Positions 1-10,226 of a stretch of DNA of 29,815 bases are shown piece after piece. This stretch comes from Candidatus Thorarchaeota archaeon (GTDB lineage: Archaea > Asgardarchaeota > Thorarchaeia > Thorarchaeales > Thorarchaeaceae). Within the stretch, counting starts at the first letter, position 1. Every line of letters begins with the position of its first letter. The stretch covers positions 1 through 29,815 of the forward strand of contig JAOUFI010000025.1 in the NCBI GenBank assembly GCA_029858305.1, in the 5' to 3' direction. Below the pieces are notes generated by a model. That model did no database searches. It saw nothing but the letters and a program-made list of their open reading frames with translations, and was not told the origin of the DNA. A program made the translations under genes and the position numbers.

Positions 1-103
1 ACTTCCTAGAGTGTGATGGGAAGTGACTTTTCACACAGGGCCTCAGATTGCCAAATGTTCTTTAACCAATCTTAGTTAGTAACGCAAAGATAAGACGAGA
101 AAC

Positions 104-739
104 ATGTACGCATCCATTTTGTATATTGTTTCTCTCAACCAGATTGCGACATCCGAGGAATCATCAAGTATGTTTGCTCAAGGACAAATGACTGGAATTG
201 GATATGGCGGTGTGATCATTCCTATTCTAATTATTATAATTATATACATAGCCTATACAAGACGGTCAGGATCATCCGATGTTCGAGATACAAAGAGCAG
301 TGACTGGTTCGATGAAAGTTCGCCTGCAACAATTGCTCAAAAGGTTGCATTAATTGAAGGATTACATACGCTCTTGATGTTCCTATTCATTATTCCATTC
401 TATCTATATGGTGGCAGTATTCTCTATGGGTACACGCTCCTTTCGTTTCCCTACGAAGTTGCATCTTTTGTCTTTCGAGCATCTATAACAGTTCTGATTG
501 CTGAGGTTGTCTTCAATTGGATTCCGCACTTTGGGTTTCGCTTAATCTGGTGGAGAAAGGGATGGCTGCATGTGATTTTATCTGGAGTGCTTTTTTCTCT
601 TCTTGCTTACTTTGTAATACCACCTCCTTACTACGAAGGCGAAGCAACAATTGGAATAGGGATTGTTTGGGTCGTAGGCGGAATTATCATTCACAAGATT
701 TTCAAAACCCTAGGATGGTACAGAAGGGAATATGATTAA
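104..739 (+). CDS. Hypothetical multi-pass membrane protein
   Basis: 211-aa ORF with about 5 hydrophobic segments (GGVIIPILIIIIIYIAY, LLMFLFIIPFYLYGG, ITVLIAEVVF, VILSGVLFSLLAYFVIP, IGIGIVWVVGGIII). No recognisable family motif. Confidence 0.6.
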   Translation: MYASILYIVSLNQIATSEESSSMFAQGQMTGIGYGGVIIPILIIIIIYIAYTRRSGSSDVRDTKSSDWFDESSPATIAQKVALIEGLHTLLMFLFIIPFYLYGGSILYGYTLLSFPYEVASFVFRASITVLIAEVVFNWIPHFGFRLIWWRKGWLHVILSGVLFSLLAYFVIPPPYYEGEATIGIGIVWVVGGIIIHKIFKTLGWYRREYD

Positions 740-900
740 GAACGAAAACAAAAGACTCCTAATAATCAGTAAATTGCATTATACCTCATTGAGAAACCTC
801 ATACAAAGTTGAGAAGAATTGTCATTTTGTAGGAGTATATATTGTCAAACGGTCACTCACGATTGGGCTCAAAATCCAAGGAACTCATGGATTTGTCACA

Positions 901-1845
901 ATGTCAAATTACCCTATTGATGCAACATGGATCTCTACAGCTGAAGAAAGGACGAGGAAATCCAAGCTCGAAACGGAGACTTTGAAGAAAGGCGAACGCT
1001 TCTCACTTATCGAGGGAGTTGTCGCTGTATATGTCAATGCATCATATGATGCTTTGGAATCCATGTTGAAAGAGGACGATGTGTATCTTGTGGACGTTGG
1101 TCCTCAAGAACACATGGATAACTTAGCAGCCTCATCGATGGGTGCTGAACTTGAATGGAAGCCAGTGCTAGGGCCATTATTAGACGTCGCACACTTTGTC
1201 AATAAGTACTCTGTAAATGGATGAAGGAATACCACTCACAGTTGAAAAATCTCCCAGAGATTGCGGAATTGGTCATTTAGACTTGGAGAACTATGAAGAA
1301 AGGGAGAGCATAATCAACTTTGCACAAGTCCCCATTGATGCTATGCAAGAATCCCTAGGCAGACTAATGGGAATGAATTTATACGATGTGAGTGATTGGA
1401 ATAAAATAGGTAGCAAGCTCTTACTTGCTCATGAAATTGGATCTATTGTCTTTCGAGGTATTCAGAGGTTGTCAATTCAATCTTACGAATTGAGCTTGAT
1501 TTTAAACAAAATGAAGGAATCTAGCGGAATAGATTTGATAACGTACTCTTTAGTGGATTCTCAGGTGAAGCACCTGGTAATTCTTCCGCTGTGAGAGCTT
1601 TTGACACAGCAATAAAACTTGACAGAACTAATGCTGTTGCATCTATAGGAAAAACTACTCTGGATATCCTAATGTCAGAATTTGAAAGAACTTTCAATTA
1701 TCTTGAAGATATCCGCGATTATCTCTCTAAGCCAAATCTGGAAGTTGCTAAAATCTATCGGGAGATTGGACGAAACATGCGCAGTGAAAGCATCCAACGT
1801 TGGAGATTGGCGTATACACGAGCCACTGAATTTGAATCCAATTAG
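901..1845 (+). pseudogene. Probable fragmented TPR-like gene (overlapping ORFs 901-1224, 1217-1594, 1591-1845)
   Basis: Three short ORFs overlap in different frames. TPR-like phrases occur (SDWNKIGSKLL; AVRAFDTAIKLDRTNAVASIGK; AYTRATEFES). Could instead be three small translationally coupled genes. Confidence 0.35.
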
Positions 1846-2052
1846 CTCTTGACGAATCTAAGATTTAAAGTCGACCATTGAATACAGAAATGGCAGAAAA
1901 CATCAATATAATGAACTTGCTTCTTTTCCATTCTCAACTGAAGACTTTATGTAGTATCCAAATTAAGCAGCCTTTTCCTTCATTTACGGAGGTACTTGGT
2001 TTGACAGTAAACAATATACGCAGGATGATTGGCACAACGCGCAGGGGTAAAT

Positions 2053-3252
2053 ATGAAACTCAATATCACTCCACGCGCAGCTAATCTTCAATATGCCATC
2101 CGAGACATTGTTGTTATCGCCAAGCAATATGAGAAGCAGACCGGTGAAAAGCCACTTTATCTAAACATTGGAGACCCTATCGCATACGATTGGAAGACTC
2201 CTCAGTTTATGGTAGATGCCCTATGCAAGGCAGCACAGGATGGATGGAATGGGTATTCTCCATCTGAGGGGGAACCAGAATTGAGGCGAGCTGCGGCTGA
2301 TAAGGAAAAGAGAGTGAATGGTATTGATGTGGACCCTAATCGGATGATTGTAGCTGCTGGAGTTTCTGAAGCAATTCAGTTCCTAGCAGGAGCTTTAATC
2401 AGCGATGGCGCAGAGCTGCTTGTTCCTGGCCCAAGCTACCCGCCTTACATTTCTTATGTGAAGTTCTTCGGAGGAAAACCTGTAGCCTATAGGACTATTG
2501 AGGAGGATGACTGGAATCCCGACACTGAGGACCTTAGGAATAAGATCTCAGACAATACCGTAGGTATTCTAGTGATCAATCCTAACAATCCTACTGGTTC
2601 AGTCTATAACGAGAAGACGCTTAGAGAGATTGTCGATATTGCGGGAGAGTATGAATTACCACTCATTTCAGATGAGATATATGATCAACTCACATACGAT
2701 GAACCTCAGACACCAATGGCGCGTATTGCTAAAGATGTCCCTGTTATTGGATTAAATGGGATCAGTAAGGTGTATCTAGCTCCAGGCTGGCGAGTAGGTT
2801 ATGCATACTTCTGTGATACTAACGGCGAGCTCAATCCGTTGTATGATGCAATGATACGTCAGGCACGGATCAGAATTTGCTTGAATTCCACTGCTCAGAT
2901 TGCTTCTATTGCTGCTTTGCGAAGTGATGGGAGTCACCTTAAGGAGACAATGAGCAAAATGCGTACTCGCAGAGATCTTATTCATAGACGGCTCAATGAT
3001 ATTGATTCAATCTCCACAAGACTTCCAGAGGCGGCATTCTATATCATGCCAAAGATAGATCTTCGAGGGAGATGGCCGAATGATGTGGAGTTCGTTAAGG
3101 AGGTCCTAAGGGAAACAGGTGTTGTATTCGTTCCTGGATCTGGCTTTGGAGCAGAACATGGAGCAGGACATTTCCGAAGCGTGTTTCTGCCTCCGGTAGA
3201 ATTGATAGATGAAGCCATGAATCGACTAGAAGGGTTCATGGCCAGACATTAA
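2053..3252 (+). CDS. PLP-dependent aminotransferase class I/II (alanine aminotransferase-like)
   Basis: Motifs YAIRD, LNIGDP, INPNNPTG, SDEIY, NGISK (PLP lysine), PGWRVGY, VFVPGSGFG, HFR. ATG at 2053 is more likely than the TTG at 2029. Confidence 0.92.
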   Translation: MKLNITPRAANLQYAIRDIVVIAKQYEKQTGEKPLYLNIGDPIAYDWKTPQFMVDALCKAAQDGWNGYSPSEGEPELRRAAADKEKRVNGIDVDPNRMIVAAGVSEAIQFLAGALISDGAELLVPGPSYPPYISYVKFFGGKPVAYRTIEEDDWNPDTEDLRNKISDNTVGILVINPNNPTGSVYNEKTLREIVDIAGEYELPLISDEIYDQLTYDEPQTPMARIAKDVPVIGLNGISKVYLAPGWRVGYAYFCDTNGELNPLYDAMIRQARIRICLNSTAQIASIAALRSDGSHLKETMSKMRTRRDLIHRRLNDIDSISTRLPEAAFYIMPKIDLRGRWPNDVEFVKEVLRETGVVFVPGSGFGAEHGAGHFRSVFLPPVELIDEAMNRLEGFMARH

Positions 3253-3258
3253 ATCATA

Positions 3259-3738
3259 TCATTTGTAGGCATTAGAGATTCTCTCTCTCATAGCCTCTGT
3301 GAATTCATGAAACTCATTTCCAGAGTATACTGGAGGTTTGACATCTCGAGGATCTATTACACTATCACTGAAACGATCACCAACAAGATATCTTGGAAAG
3401 AGATGCAAATGAAGATGAGGAACTGTATTTCCATGGATTTCATAATTAATCTTAGTTGCCCCAGTGACTTCCTTCAATGCTCGAGCAGTAACCATGACAT
3501 CTTTGAGAAAAGAAAAGGCTTCTTCATCCGAGAGGTCGTAGAGTTCAACAGCATGCTTTTTTGACATAACATAGCAAGTTCCTTTGAAGGGTACATTCGG
3601 ATGTGCTTCAATCCACGATGCAGCAGTTTCTGCAATGGTGACATAATCATCCGGTTGCGGGAGATTTCTGCAAACCGGGCAGTTTTTACTATCACACCAT
3701 TGATTCCATTTCTCGGTTTTCTTCCAGAGGTAGCTCAT
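3259..3738 (-). CDS. HIT family hydrolase
   Basis: N-terminal CPVC, H(A)VELYDL, and KINYEIHGNTVPHLHLHLFPRY histidine triad. Confidence 0.92.
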   Translation of the reverse strand: MSYLWKKTEKWNQWCDSKNCPVCRNLPQPDDYVTIAETAASWIEAHPNVPFKGTCYVMSKKHAVELYDLSDEEAFSFLKDVMVTARALKEVTGATKINYEIHGNTVPHLHLHLFPRYLVGDRFSDSVIDPRDVKPPVYSGNEFHEFTEAMRERISNAYK

Positions 3739-3830
3739 ACTGATTCAATTGTATTCAAGAATTTCAAGGTTACTTTGTTATGAATGCAGTTCCAATCCTT
3801 TTGTACGGAATTTAGAGAACACTACAATCA

Positions 3831-5534
3831 TTACTCAAGTTCGCTTCTCTTCTTCTCCATGAGCTGTGTGATCTCATTTCGAATGGAACGAGCAACAACA
3901 AGAGCCATCTCAACCTTTTCAGGAGATGCTGGACGCTCGCCCACAACAAGTAGTGAGTCGATAAGTATTTTCTCAGCCTCCATCTGGACATCTGAGATGC
4001 TGTTTTGTATGAGTTGATGCTCAGGAGATGTGAGCTTGCCTTTCACTTCATTGGCAATAGACTTAATCTTGCCTGCTGCACCAATGATTCGCTTTTTCTT
4101 CTCAGCCATAGAATCCCACTCTGTTAACGCAAGCGGAACTTCAGCCTCCAGCTTCTTCTCTTGATTTGATGCATAAGCAATTGCTTGCTCAAAGGCAGAA
4201 ACAATCTTGCTCATAGCAAAGGCCTTTTTCTCGGACATCTTTGCCTCTGCGACTCGTTCAACTAAAGCTTCATCACCGACTAGTGCATCAATCTGATCAA
4301 CTATGTCATTTATAATTCGAATTCTTGCTTTTGCTGCATCAAGTTCTCCTCTCTCGACTTCGGCGCGGCTTTCCTTTAAGGAAGATGTCAAGCCATCAAC
4401 AATGCGAAGAAGTGGTTCCGCTTCAAACTCGGACTCCTCAATTGATGCACGGAGAAATCCTACTCGACCACTAGTTACATCAGAGTCCTGGAGAAGTTTC
4501 TCACTCTCCTTGAAATCCTTCAGTGTGATAATGGTAGGTCCAGCTTGAAGGCTGTACACTGTCTTTAGCTTGTCCTCGTATGACCCTCTGACAACAATTG
4601 AATAGTCACGTATACCACCAAGGGCTTCTGCACCTCTCAGGATGACAGCAAGCTTAAGATTCTCTCCTGCAGGAAGTGATGGAATTGTTTTTGTCTTTTC
4701 ACCGGATACGAATTGTAATCCCTCATCAAGATGCCATTCAATCTTCATATTGGACGCGGCACCGTCGCCAGAGTTTCGAATATTCAGATGAACAGAGAAG
4801 TCTTCTGTGAAAGTGAGGTCTATTGGGATCGTCAGCTGAGAAGAGATTTTGGGAACCTTTAATTTACCTCTGAGTATCTCGCGGACCATGTCAAGACCTT
4901 TATCCACGTACTTTGAAAACTCTGGACTCGATGAGCTTGCTAGTGCGGATTTTAATTCTGTGACGGCAGCATTCTCAGCTTCAGCAAAGGAATCAAGATT
5001 CAAAGCCTGGATTGAATTCTCGAGCATTTGTGGGATTTGACTTAGTCGAACTACTGCAGGAAGCCTGATTTTCGACGCATTCTCAGCTGCAAAACCACGT
5101 GCCTTGTAAAAAGCTTCGGCTTCCTTACCTATCATAATATAGATCATACATGCTGTAACAGCGAGTGTAGCGCCTTTACTGGTTTCTGCATCATCGCCCC
5201 ACATAAGATGCTCACTTGATGCGGCGAGAAGATCATCAGCTCCTCGCTGATATGCAGCAACTGCTTTACTTGCATCAGCTAACTCAGAAAATACATCGCC
5301 TGCATCACACATGTTCAGGGCGGCTTTTTTGAAGCTCTTAGAAGCTCTATATTCATCTGCAGATTGGATGAATGCTTGTGCAGCAGCAGCATATTCGCTT
5401 TCCATTTTGGCTATATCGCCTGCACGCTCAGCTTGTGCCGCAGTTTGCAAATGCATTTTTCCAGCAGACTGACGTGTAGCGTCTCTTTGTGATTCTTCAA
5501 CCCATCTTTTGGCTCTATCGTCCGACATCGTCAC
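3831..5534 (-). CDS. Alpha-SNAP/TPR-like N-terminus + Ig-like (CARDB/DUF11-type) domain + C-terminal coiled coil
   Basis: N-terminal helical repeat AAAAQAFIQSADEYRASKSFKKAALNMCDAGDVF. Beta-sandwich signature FSVHLNIRNSGDGAASNMKIEW...IPSLPAGE...GSYED. Long E/K/A-rich helical C-terminus. No signal peptide. Confidence 0.6.
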   Translation of the reverse strand: MTMSDDRAKRWVEESQRDATRQSAGKMHLQTAAQAERAGDIAKMESEYAAAAQAFIQSADEYRASKSFKKAALNMCDAGDVFSELADASKAVAAYQRGADDLLAASSEHLMWGDDAETSKGATLAVTACMIYIMIGKEAEAFYKARGFAAENASKIRLPAVVRLSQIPQMLENSIQALNLDSFAEAENAAVTELKSALASSSSPEFSKYVDKGLDMVREILRGKLKVPKISSQLTIPIDLTFTEDFSVHLNIRNSGDGAASNMKIEWHLDEGLQFVSGEKTKTIPSLPAGENLKLAVILRGAEALGGIRDYSIVVRGSYEDKLKTVYSLQAGPTIITLKDFKESEKLLQDSDVTSGRVGFLRASIEESEFEAEPLLRIVDGLTSSLKESRAEVERGELDAAKARIRIINDIVDQIDALVGDEALVERVAEAKMSEKKAFAMSKIVSAFEQAIAYASNQEKKLEAEVPLALTEWDSMAEKKKRIIGAAGKIKSIANEVKGKLTSPEHQLIQNSISDVQMEAEKILIDSLLVVGERPASPEKVEMALVVARSIRNEITQLMEKKRSELE

Positions 5535-5629
5535 TTACTCTCCTATCCGAATTAAGGACATTACTCGCTCCATGCCTAATCGATATTGGAAACAGGCAAG
5601 GTCATTCAGACGGCATACGACGAAGTGGT

Positions 5630-5923
5630 TTAGTACACTTCACGTGGTGAGTGTCTCAACCGATCTGGAAGCCCTCCACCATGGCCCTCGACTACAAGTT
5701 CATAGCCACGGCCTACGCGGCCATGTTTCGCAGTCTGAAATCCTACCTTCTCAATGCCACGAGCGTTGCGTTCAGCTGCTCGACGTTCAATCATGCTTGC
5801 ACCTGTTGGAATCACAAGGATTAGTTTCTTTTGTGAGTCATCAACAGTTAAGCTAATGGCAGTGGACGGCTGCCCTGAACACTCGTGAAATTGACTATCT
5901 CGATATTCCAAGTTTATCTTCAT
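5630..5923 (-). CDS. Small protein, possible divergent single gelsolin-like domain
   Basis: ISLTVDDSQKKLILVIPTGASMIERRAAERNARGI...YELVVEG resembles the gelsolin pattern (hhhD-x3-4-hhhW-x-G-x2-S...A..A..I...V.EG). The conserved Trp is absent. Confidence 0.45.
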   Translation of the reverse strand: MKINLEYRDSQFHECSGQPSTAISLTVDDSQKKLILVIPTGASMIERRAAERNARGIEKVGFQTAKHGRVGRGYELVVEGHGGGLPDRLRHSPREVY

Positions 5924-6031
5924 CTAGACCGTACACCATCCAGTACTCATTTCTAGGCAAAAACTATCTTGGTCACATATTAGGATTTGCGCGATGGAGC
6001 ATTTTCACTAAATATGTCCATTTTAAGCAAT

Positions 6032-6078
6032 AAAAAGAAAGAGAAGAAGAGCCTTGGGCCACAATGACCCAAGAGCTC
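6032..6078 (-). terminator. Hairpin + U-rich tract after the 6105-6395 gene
   Basis: Imperfect inverted repeat GAGCCTTGGG...CCCAAGAGCTC (6049-6078), followed on the minus strand by TTCTTCTCTTTCTTTTT. Confidence 0.5.
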
Positions 6079-6104
6079 GGAAGAAATTGTATATCCAGGA
6101 AGGA

Positions 6105-6395
6105 TTAGTCTGGCGGTGGTGGAGGCGGTGGAGTGTCACTCAGTTTCTTGGTGTCAATTCTGCCAGTGACAGAATCGCGCTTCTTCTTTGTAAAGACAAA
6201 GCCCATAATTATGAATAACAGTCCAACGATTGCAACAACAGCGCCAATCAGTATAGTGTATCCAGGTATGAAGTCATATGCTGGATTATACCCAGGTAGT
6301 AATGCCAGAATTGCTCCAGCGATCACAAGGAGTGCTCCTAGACACACGGGACCTGAACGCGTGTATTCACGCCAAGTTAAGTAGCTCAAGTTCAT
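6105..6395 (-). CDS. Small two-TM membrane protein with basic linker and C-terminal polyproline tail
   Basis: Two hydrophobic helices (LGALLVIAGAILALL; ILIGAVVAIVGLLFIIMGFVF), then KKKR, ending TPPPPPPPD. Confidence 0.75.
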   Translation of the reverse strand: MNLSYLTWREYTRSGPVCLGALLVIAGAILALLPGYNPAYDFIPGYTILIGAVVAIVGLLFIIMGFVFTKKKRDSVTGRIDTKKLSDTPPPPPPPD

Positions 6396-6511
6396 AAGCT
6401 CCTACTCGAGACTTACCACGTTGTCTCGTCTAATTGTAGATGAGTCGGCCCAAGCGATTTAAGATTATTGGGTGGATAGAAGGAATGAAAGTATAGCTAT
6501 CGAAACGAGTG

Positions 6512-7420
6512 TTACTCAATGGACATGCTAATAATACAGCCTGTTGATGATGTATTAACAGATACCTTAACTCCGGAAACATCACTAATCTTCTTAGCAA
6601 GAATTTCATGAAAAGCACATGGATAGCCTGCAGGAATTTTTGATACATTTGGATCGATTTCTCGACATACTCGAAGAACCTCGCAAACTCCAGTTTCTAT
6701 GGTTGCTGTCCCAGTACCAGTTTTTGGTAGTTGACTCTCTTTTGAACAGCTCTGAATTAGCGCTCCGAATTTCTTCAGCACAGCGGCTGAGTCTTCAGGA
6801 TTTGATGTGACCCAGAAATGAATTAATTGGTCGGCAGCTTTATTGAACATCAAGTCCAGATGACCTTTTGGAAGCGAACTTCCATAGGCAGAAACCTCGC
6901 ATATTAAAGAGGCGTAACCCTCAGTGATAGCATACCATGCGGCATCTCCTATTGTCCTCGGAATCTGTGGTATTTCTCCTACTCTAATGTCAGGAAGCGT
7001 AGCGATTGCAGATTCCTCATGTAAATCATGCACCACACCACCTTCTGCAGCAATTGCTTGTTCACCTATGGTAGTACCATCTTCATAGATCAAGTCAGTA
7101 ATCTCGTAATTTGGACAGACACCAGCCTGCTGATACGTCCTTGCGTACTGCATTAATCTGCCTGCCATGGTTGCCACAGCATGTCTACTAAGGCCTTCTA
7201 CGCGGATATGACCATATGCAACACCAACGATGTTGTCAAGCTCAAGACCAGGAATCGCTTTCTCAGCTATTATCTTCTTTCCTCGCACGACGCGCACAGC
7301 CCATTTTTCATCCATGACACCAACTTGTGCGCCATAACTAGTGTTCGTGATACCTACGAGTGGAGATATTGGATAGAAATTACTCATAACTGGTCCTCCC
7401 ATGAGGCGTACAATGACCAT
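6512..7420 (-). CDS. Hypothetical protein with C-terminal V4R/HNOX-like Cys-rich domain
   Basis: C-terminus IETGVCEVLRVC...YPCAFHEILAKKISDVSGVKVSV...GCIISMSIE has the Cys spacing and terminal C-x-h-x-h strand typical of V4R-fold domains. The start may be a downstream ATG (MSNFY). Confidence 0.5.
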   Translation of the reverse strand: MVIVRLMGGPVMSNFYPISPLVGITNTSYGAQVGVMDEKWAVRVVRGKKIIAEKAIPGLELDNIVGVAYGHIRVEGLSRHAVATMAGRLMQYARTYQQAGVCPNYEITDLIYEDGTTIGEQAIAAEGGVVHDLHEESAIATLPDIRVGEIPQIPRTIGDAAWYAITEGYASLICEVSAYGSSLPKGHLDLMFNKAADQLIHFWVTSNPEDSAAVLKKFGALIQSCSKESQLPKTGTGTATIETGVCEVLRVCREIDPNVSKIPAGYPCAFHEILAKKISDVSGVKVSVNTSSTGCIISMSIE

Positions 7421-7519
7421 GTCCTAATTGCTATTCAAAAGGGTATCGTGATTGTAATTCGACAATAATTTTGACCTGAATTTACGCCTAATGACATCAT
7501 TCAACATTGATAAATTTCG

Positions 7520-7563
7520 AAGAAAAAGAAAACAGGGACTAGATGATTAGTCTTCATCTAGTC
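7520..7563 (-). terminator. Hairpin + U-tract terminator of the hsp20-cdc48 unit
   Basis: Perfect 10-bp stem GACTAGATGA (7537-7546)/TCATCTAGTC (7554-7563) with a 7-nt loop, followed on the minus strand by CCTGTTTTCTTTTTCTT. Confidence 0.65.
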
Positions 7564-7576
7564 GCTTACATTCATC

Positions 7577-9766
7577 TTACATGTAGCCTGGAAGAACATC
7601 AGATGCCTTCTGAGGCTGTCGCTTCTTAACCTGTTCAGCTAGTTCTAGGAACCGCTTGATATCTTCTTGAGAGATACTTGGTCGAGTTTCCTCCAAGGCC
7701 GCCTTGAAATGTTTCATATGAACAGGTTTAGTCTTCCAATCACTTCTGACAGCAGTCATGGCAGCTTCACGGACAAGATTCTCAATATCCGCTCCAGAAT
7801 AGCCATCTGTTAAATCAGCAAGCTTCTCAAGACTAACATCATCAGCCAATGGCATCTTACGCGTATGTACCCTGAATATTTCGATTCTTGCGTCGCGATC
7901 GGGAGGTGGTACAAACACTACTGTATCAAAACGACCAGGTCTTAATGCAGCAGGATCTATGATGTCTGCTCTATTTGTTGCTCCGATGACAAGCACGTTT
8001 TGGAGGGATTGCATACCATCCAACTCAGCAAGGAACTGATTGACAATTCTTTGGCTAACGCCGCTATCATCACGCATTCCTCGAGCTCCGAGAATTGCAT
8101 CTATCTCGTCAAAGAATAAGACGCACGGTGCTACCTGACGGGCTTTCCTGAAGAATTCACGTACAGCCTTCTCAGACTCTCCAACATATTTGTTGAAGAC
8201 CTCTGGACCTCTCACGGAGATAAAGTTCGCCTCGGACTCTGTGGCAACAGCTTTTGCAAGGAGAGTTTTCCCAGTTCCAGGTGGGCCAAAGAGAAGTACA
8301 CCCTTTGGTGCTCTGATACCCATTCCTTCAAAGACCTCAGGATACTTCAGAGGGGTTTCCACGGCTTCGCGAAGCTGTAGTTTGACCTTTGACAGACCAC
8401 CGACATCATCCCAACGGATATTTGGCTTTTCAACAAGAACCTCTCTCAGGGCAGAGGGAGATACTTCAGTGAGAGCCATTTCAAAGTCAGCCTGTGTCAC
8501 AAAAAGATTAGACAGAATGTCAGCAGGAATATCACCAGTATCTGGATCAACATGAGGTAATACTCTTCGAAGAGCCTGCATTGCAGCCTCTCTTGCAAGA
8601 GCTGAGAGATCAGCGCCTACGAACCCATGTGTGACAGATGCTAGTTTTTCAAGATCGAGATCTTTCTCAAGTGGCATTGATCTAGTATGAATTTGGAGAA
8701 TCTCAAGTCTACCCTTCTTATCTGGGACTCCAATGATTATCTCTCTATCAAATCTGCCAGGACGTCTCAATGCTTCATCGATATCATCAGGACGGTTGGT
8801 TGCACCAATAACGATTACTTGCCCACGTCCAGCTAGACCATCCATAAGAGCTAGTAGTTGCGCAACTACTCTGCGCTCAACCTCTCCTGTGACTTCAGCG
8901 CGTTTCGGTGCAATGCTATCAAGTTCATCAATGAATATGATAGATGGGGCATTCTTCTCCGCATCTTCGAATGTCTCACGTAACTTCTGCTCAGACTCAC
9001 CGTAGAACTTTGACATGATCTCAGGGCCATTAATCACTTTGAAATTAGCCCCCGATTCATTTGCTACAGCCTGAGCAATCAGAGTCTTTCCAGTACCCGG
9101 AGGACCCATGAGGAGCACACCTTTCGGGGGAGTGATTCCAAGTCGTTTAAACAACTCAGGTGATTTCATGGGAAGTTCAATCATCTCACGAATCCTAACG
9201 AGTTCTTTGCCAAGTCCTCCAATATCTTCGTATGTGACTTGTGGAACTGCAAGTTCTTCTGGTTTTACAGGTTTGGTCAAGACCTCTACTGTTGTATCAG
9301 GTGTGACTCGACCGTATTTTCCTGGGGCAACAGCAGTGGCTGTGAATTGCATTCCTTGGCCTATTGATGAGATAAGAATTGTATCACCTTTGGTGATTGG
9401 TCTATTCAATATCTGTTGTTTCAAGTAATTCTCAAAACCGGGTTGAAACCTTACTGGTTGACCAGGTGCGATGACGACACGAGTGGCATCTGGAACATTC
9501 ACACTACTTACTTCTACCATTTCACCAAGCTTTACGCCCGCATTACTTCGGATTAGACCATCCATCCGGACCATGTCTAATATTTCATCCTCTTTGAGAC
9601 TAGGCCAACAGACAGCAATTGTTTCCCTTGATCCTTTAACAAGAACATAATCTCCTGAACGAACTTTCAGATGGTTTCTCACATCAGAGTTCAATCTAAC
9701 AATGCCTCGACCTTGATCCTTAGGCATTGCTGCTGCTACCTTAAGTCTAATAGCTTCATCAGTCAT
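7577..9766 (-). CDS. cdc48: CDC48/p97/VAT family AAA+ ATPase
   Basis: N-domain (DQGRGIVRL...RMDG..R.NAG) plus two AAA modules: GPPGTGKT twice, IIFIDELD and LFFDEID Walker B motifs, ALRRPGRFD and ALRPGRFD. Confidence 0.97.
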   Translation of the reverse strand: MTDEAIRLKVAAAMPKDQGRGIVRLNSDVRNHLKVRSGDYVLVKGSRETIAVCWPSLKEDEILDMVRMDGLIRSNAGVKLGEMVEVSSVNVPDATRVVIAPGQPVRFQPGFENYLKQQILNRPITKGDTILISSIGQGMQFTATAVAPGKYGRVTPDTTVEVLTKPVKPEELAVPQVTYEDIGGLGKELVRIREMIELPMKSPELFKRLGITPPKGVLLMGPPGTGKTLIAQAVANESGANFKVINGPEIMSKFYGESEQKLRETFEDAEKNAPSIIFIDELDSIAPKRAEVTGEVERRVVAQLLALMDGLAGRGQVIVIGATNRPDDIDEALRRPGRFDREIIIGVPDKKGRLEILQIHTRSMPLEKDLDLEKLASVTHGFVGADLSALAREAAMQALRRVLPHVDPDTGDIPADILSNLFVTQADFEMALTEVSPSALREVLVEKPNIRWDDVGGLSKVKLQLREAVETPLKYPEVFEGMGIRAPKGVLLFGPPGTGKTLLAKAVATESEANFISVRGPEVFNKYVGESEKAVREFFRKARQVAPCVLFFDEIDAILGARGMRDDSGVSQRIVNQFLAELDGMQSLQNVLVIGATNRADIIDPAALRPGRFDTVVFVPPPDRDARIEIFRVHTRKMPLADDVSLEKLADLTDGYSGADIENLVREAAMTAVRSDWKTKPVHMKHFKAALEETRPSISQEDIKRFLELAEQVKKRQPQKASDVLPGYM

Positions 9767-9780
9767 TTTGCATAACTCCT

Positions 9781-10203
9781 CTAATTGATTCTTAGATATC
9801 CTTCTTTTGCACCTGAATTGCCCTTTGATGCCATCTTCAATGATATCTCCATTACTCCATTTCGAGAAGAAACACTCGATTTCTCAATATCAACGTCAAA
9901 GTCAAGATCAATCTTAATGCTCTTTCTTGTACCATCGAATGTGATTGTCATGGTTCTTGCATCTATCTTCACAGAATGGCTAGTATCTTCATAGCCAGTC
10001 TTCACGAGGAATAATACTTCATCCTCAAGATCAATACGTTCAAAATCAGGTTCTTTTTCTTGATTGAATTCGTTATCATCTTCATCCATCATAGAGCCAG
10101 TAAAGTAACTATATGATGTGCTCCCCTCAGGAAGAGTTCCCAAAGAACCCAGGAGGGATTCGAACACCCTTCGAAACACTGACTCAAAGTCATCGTCTAT
10201 CAA
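9781..10203 (-). CDS. hsp20: Small heat-shock protein (Hsp20/alpha-crystallin family), divergent
   Basis: Acidic, Phe-rich N-terminus, SSRNGVMEISL (the NGVL motif), and a C-terminal LRIN (IxI-like) motif. Lies directly upstream of cdc48. GGAGG precedes the TTG start. Confidence 0.75.
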   Translation of the reverse strand: MIDDDFESVFRRVFESLLGSLGTLPEGSTSYSYFTGSMMDEDDNEFNQEKEPDFERIDLEDEVLFLVKTGYEDTSHSVKIDARTMTITFDGTRKSIKIDLDFDVDIEKSSVSSRNGVMEISLKMASKGNSGAKEGYLRIN

Positions 10204-10226
10204 TTAAGAATTCATCCTCCAGTTGC

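Noticed and set aside
1878-2084. 68-aa ORF upstream of the aminotransferase
   Set aside because: It overlaps the aminotransferase start and promoter region and has no protein-like features.
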